A stretch of DNA of 64,000 bases from an uncultured Phycisphaerales bacterium. Its GTDB lineage: Bacteria > Planctomycetota > Phycisphaerae > Tepidisphaerales > Tepidisphaeraceae. Location of the stretch: assembly GCA_963755915.1 (NCBI GenBank), contig CAVWLP010000003.1:1088001-1152000 (forward strand), written 5' to 3'. Every line of letters begins with the position of its first letter. Position 1 is the stretch's first letter. The notes below the pieces were generated by a model that saw only the letters and a list, made by a program, of their open reading frames with translations, searched no databases and was not told the origin of the DNA. Both the position numbers and the translations under genes were made by a program. Shown here piece by piece: positions 63,517 to 64,000 of this stretch.

Positions 63517-64000
63517 TCATTTTTCTCTCGGAATAAAACCCGGAACACCGGCTTGCACGACGGTGTTAAACCTGACGCGCAACTTGATTCCATCGCTGAT
63601 CTCCCTGATGGCGTCTTCCGGAAGAGCGGAAACTTCAAAGTTCTCGCCGATGCGGGCGGGAGTTTTCGAGGTGGTCAGGAGGGCTGTTCCGCGTTGGATC
63701 GCCCAGGCGAGTAAGACCTGCGACGGAGTCTTATTAACCCGCCGGGCGACGGCGACGACGACAGGATCTTCCAATAACTTCGGATCGCTGCTATGGCCCA
63801 GCGCCGCGAAAGCCTGCAGGACGATGCCAATTTTTTTGCAATAGTTCAAAAGATCCCATTCCGGCAAATATGGATGGGATTCGACATGAACCACCGCGGG
63901 CTTAACCCTTGCGGCTTCAACGATATCTTTTACCTGTTGCAGATTGACGTCAGACAAACCTATGGCCTTGCACTTGCCTTCTTCCACCAATTGTTCCAGG
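63517..64000 (-). CDS. Aldo/keto reductase, C-terminal part
   Basis: EEGKCKAIGLSD, ESHPYL, TPSQVLLAWAIQRG, RIGENF. Confidence 0.9.
   Translation of the reverse strand, partial: LEQLVEEGKCKAIGLSDVNLQQVKDIVEAARVKPAVVHVESHPYLPEWDLLNYCKKIGIVLQAFAALGHSSDPKLLEDPVVVAVARRVNKTPSQVLLAWAIQRGTALLTTSKTPARIGENFEVSALPEDAIREISDGIKLRVRFNTVVQAGVPGFIPREK

Larger units (their letters stand above)
57994..64000. mobile_element. tRNA-Arg-targeted integrative element / genomic island (left part)
   Basis: Integrase and excisionase immediately 3' of tRNA; accessory cargo follows; second att site not in window. Confidence 0.75.

Overview
A GC-rich bacterial chromosome segment. The gene content suggests a planctomycete, probably Phycisphaerae/Tepidisphaerales-like (inference from PEP-CTERM proteins, mcsA-mcsB, an HTH-receiver regulator, coiled-coil porins and BlaI/M56). 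Many conserved genes have single-base frameshifts, often in homopolymers (trpE, pdxH, mcsB, GH2, otsB-GH15 and others). These are most likely long-read assembly errors rather than pseudogenes. The window holds housekeeping, signalling and carbohydrate genes (clpS, pdxH, trpE, queD, mcsAB, phoU/pstB, rpsD, otsA, otsB-GH15, two-component and GGDEF genes). It also holds one vapBC pair plus two orphan antitoxins, a RAYT with REP palindromes, a complete IS1380 with inverted repeats and target duplication, and tRNA-Arg(ACG) followed by an integrative element running off the window end. The most striking unexplained signals are non-coding. (1) A ~387-nt, end-to-end base-paired intergenic RNA at 30450-30836 carries motifs resembling OLE RNA, but it is much shorter, lies outside Bacillota and has no oapA next to it. 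(2) A ~165-nt five-hairpin sRNA candidate with C-rich loops, a promoter and a terminator lies at ~27979-28141, on the other side of the same TPR gene. (3) A structured rpsD leader lies at 36789-36942.
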